From Salpingoeca rosetta (taxonomy: Eukaryota > Protista > Choanoflagellata), in assembly GCA_033442325.1 (NCBI GenBank), contig JAWQFM010000010.1, positions 189,042 to 229,559 of the forward strand: 40,518 nucleotides of DNA, written 5' to 3'. The first letter of the stretch is position 1, and each line of letters starts with the position of its first letter. The notes beneath the pieces are model-generated. The model saw only the letters and a list, made by a program, of their open reading frames with translations. It had not been told where the DNA came from and made no database searches. The position numbers and the translations under genes are program-made. Shown in pieces: positions 40,480 through 40,518 of this stretch.

Positions 40480-40518
<39 letters not shown>

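Overview
Eukaryotic, intron-rich genomic DNA. The GC-rich exons, (CA/GT)n-filled introns and GEKHPST-type TPR family point to a choanoflagellate, most likely Salpingoeca rosetta (inference). Most ORFs in the supplied track are microsatellite artefacts, so genes were rebuilt by hand from splice sites. Contents in order: (1) 3' part of a TPR gene with a TIR/HET-like motif, 8 near-identical 42-aa TPRs and a C-terminal PH domain (+); (2) an unexplained GC-rich, possibly decayed coding stretch; (3) a 5'-truncated CRE-like non-LTR retrotransposon with poly(A), 3' stem-loop and target-site duplication (-); (4) a 16-exon, ~1442-aa receptor tyrosine kinase with an EGFR-like L1-CR-L2-CR ectodomain, a membrane-proximal EGF module, an FGFR/RET-like kinase and an acidic YD[L/M]G repeat tail (-); (5) TEX10/IPI1 (-) head-to-head with RPL37A (+); (6) PROSER3-like (-) divergent from KANSL1-like (+); (7) TOLLIP interrupted by two assembly gaps (+); (8) a PTEN-like pseudophosphatase/C2 - ubiquitin-binding motif - RING-H2 fusion (+). 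The strongest candidates for something new are the EGFR-architecture RTK carrying its own EGF module, the PTEN-RING E3, the TIR/HET-like-TPR-PH protein and the CRE-like insertion. All family assignments come from motif recognition by eye; no database search was run.
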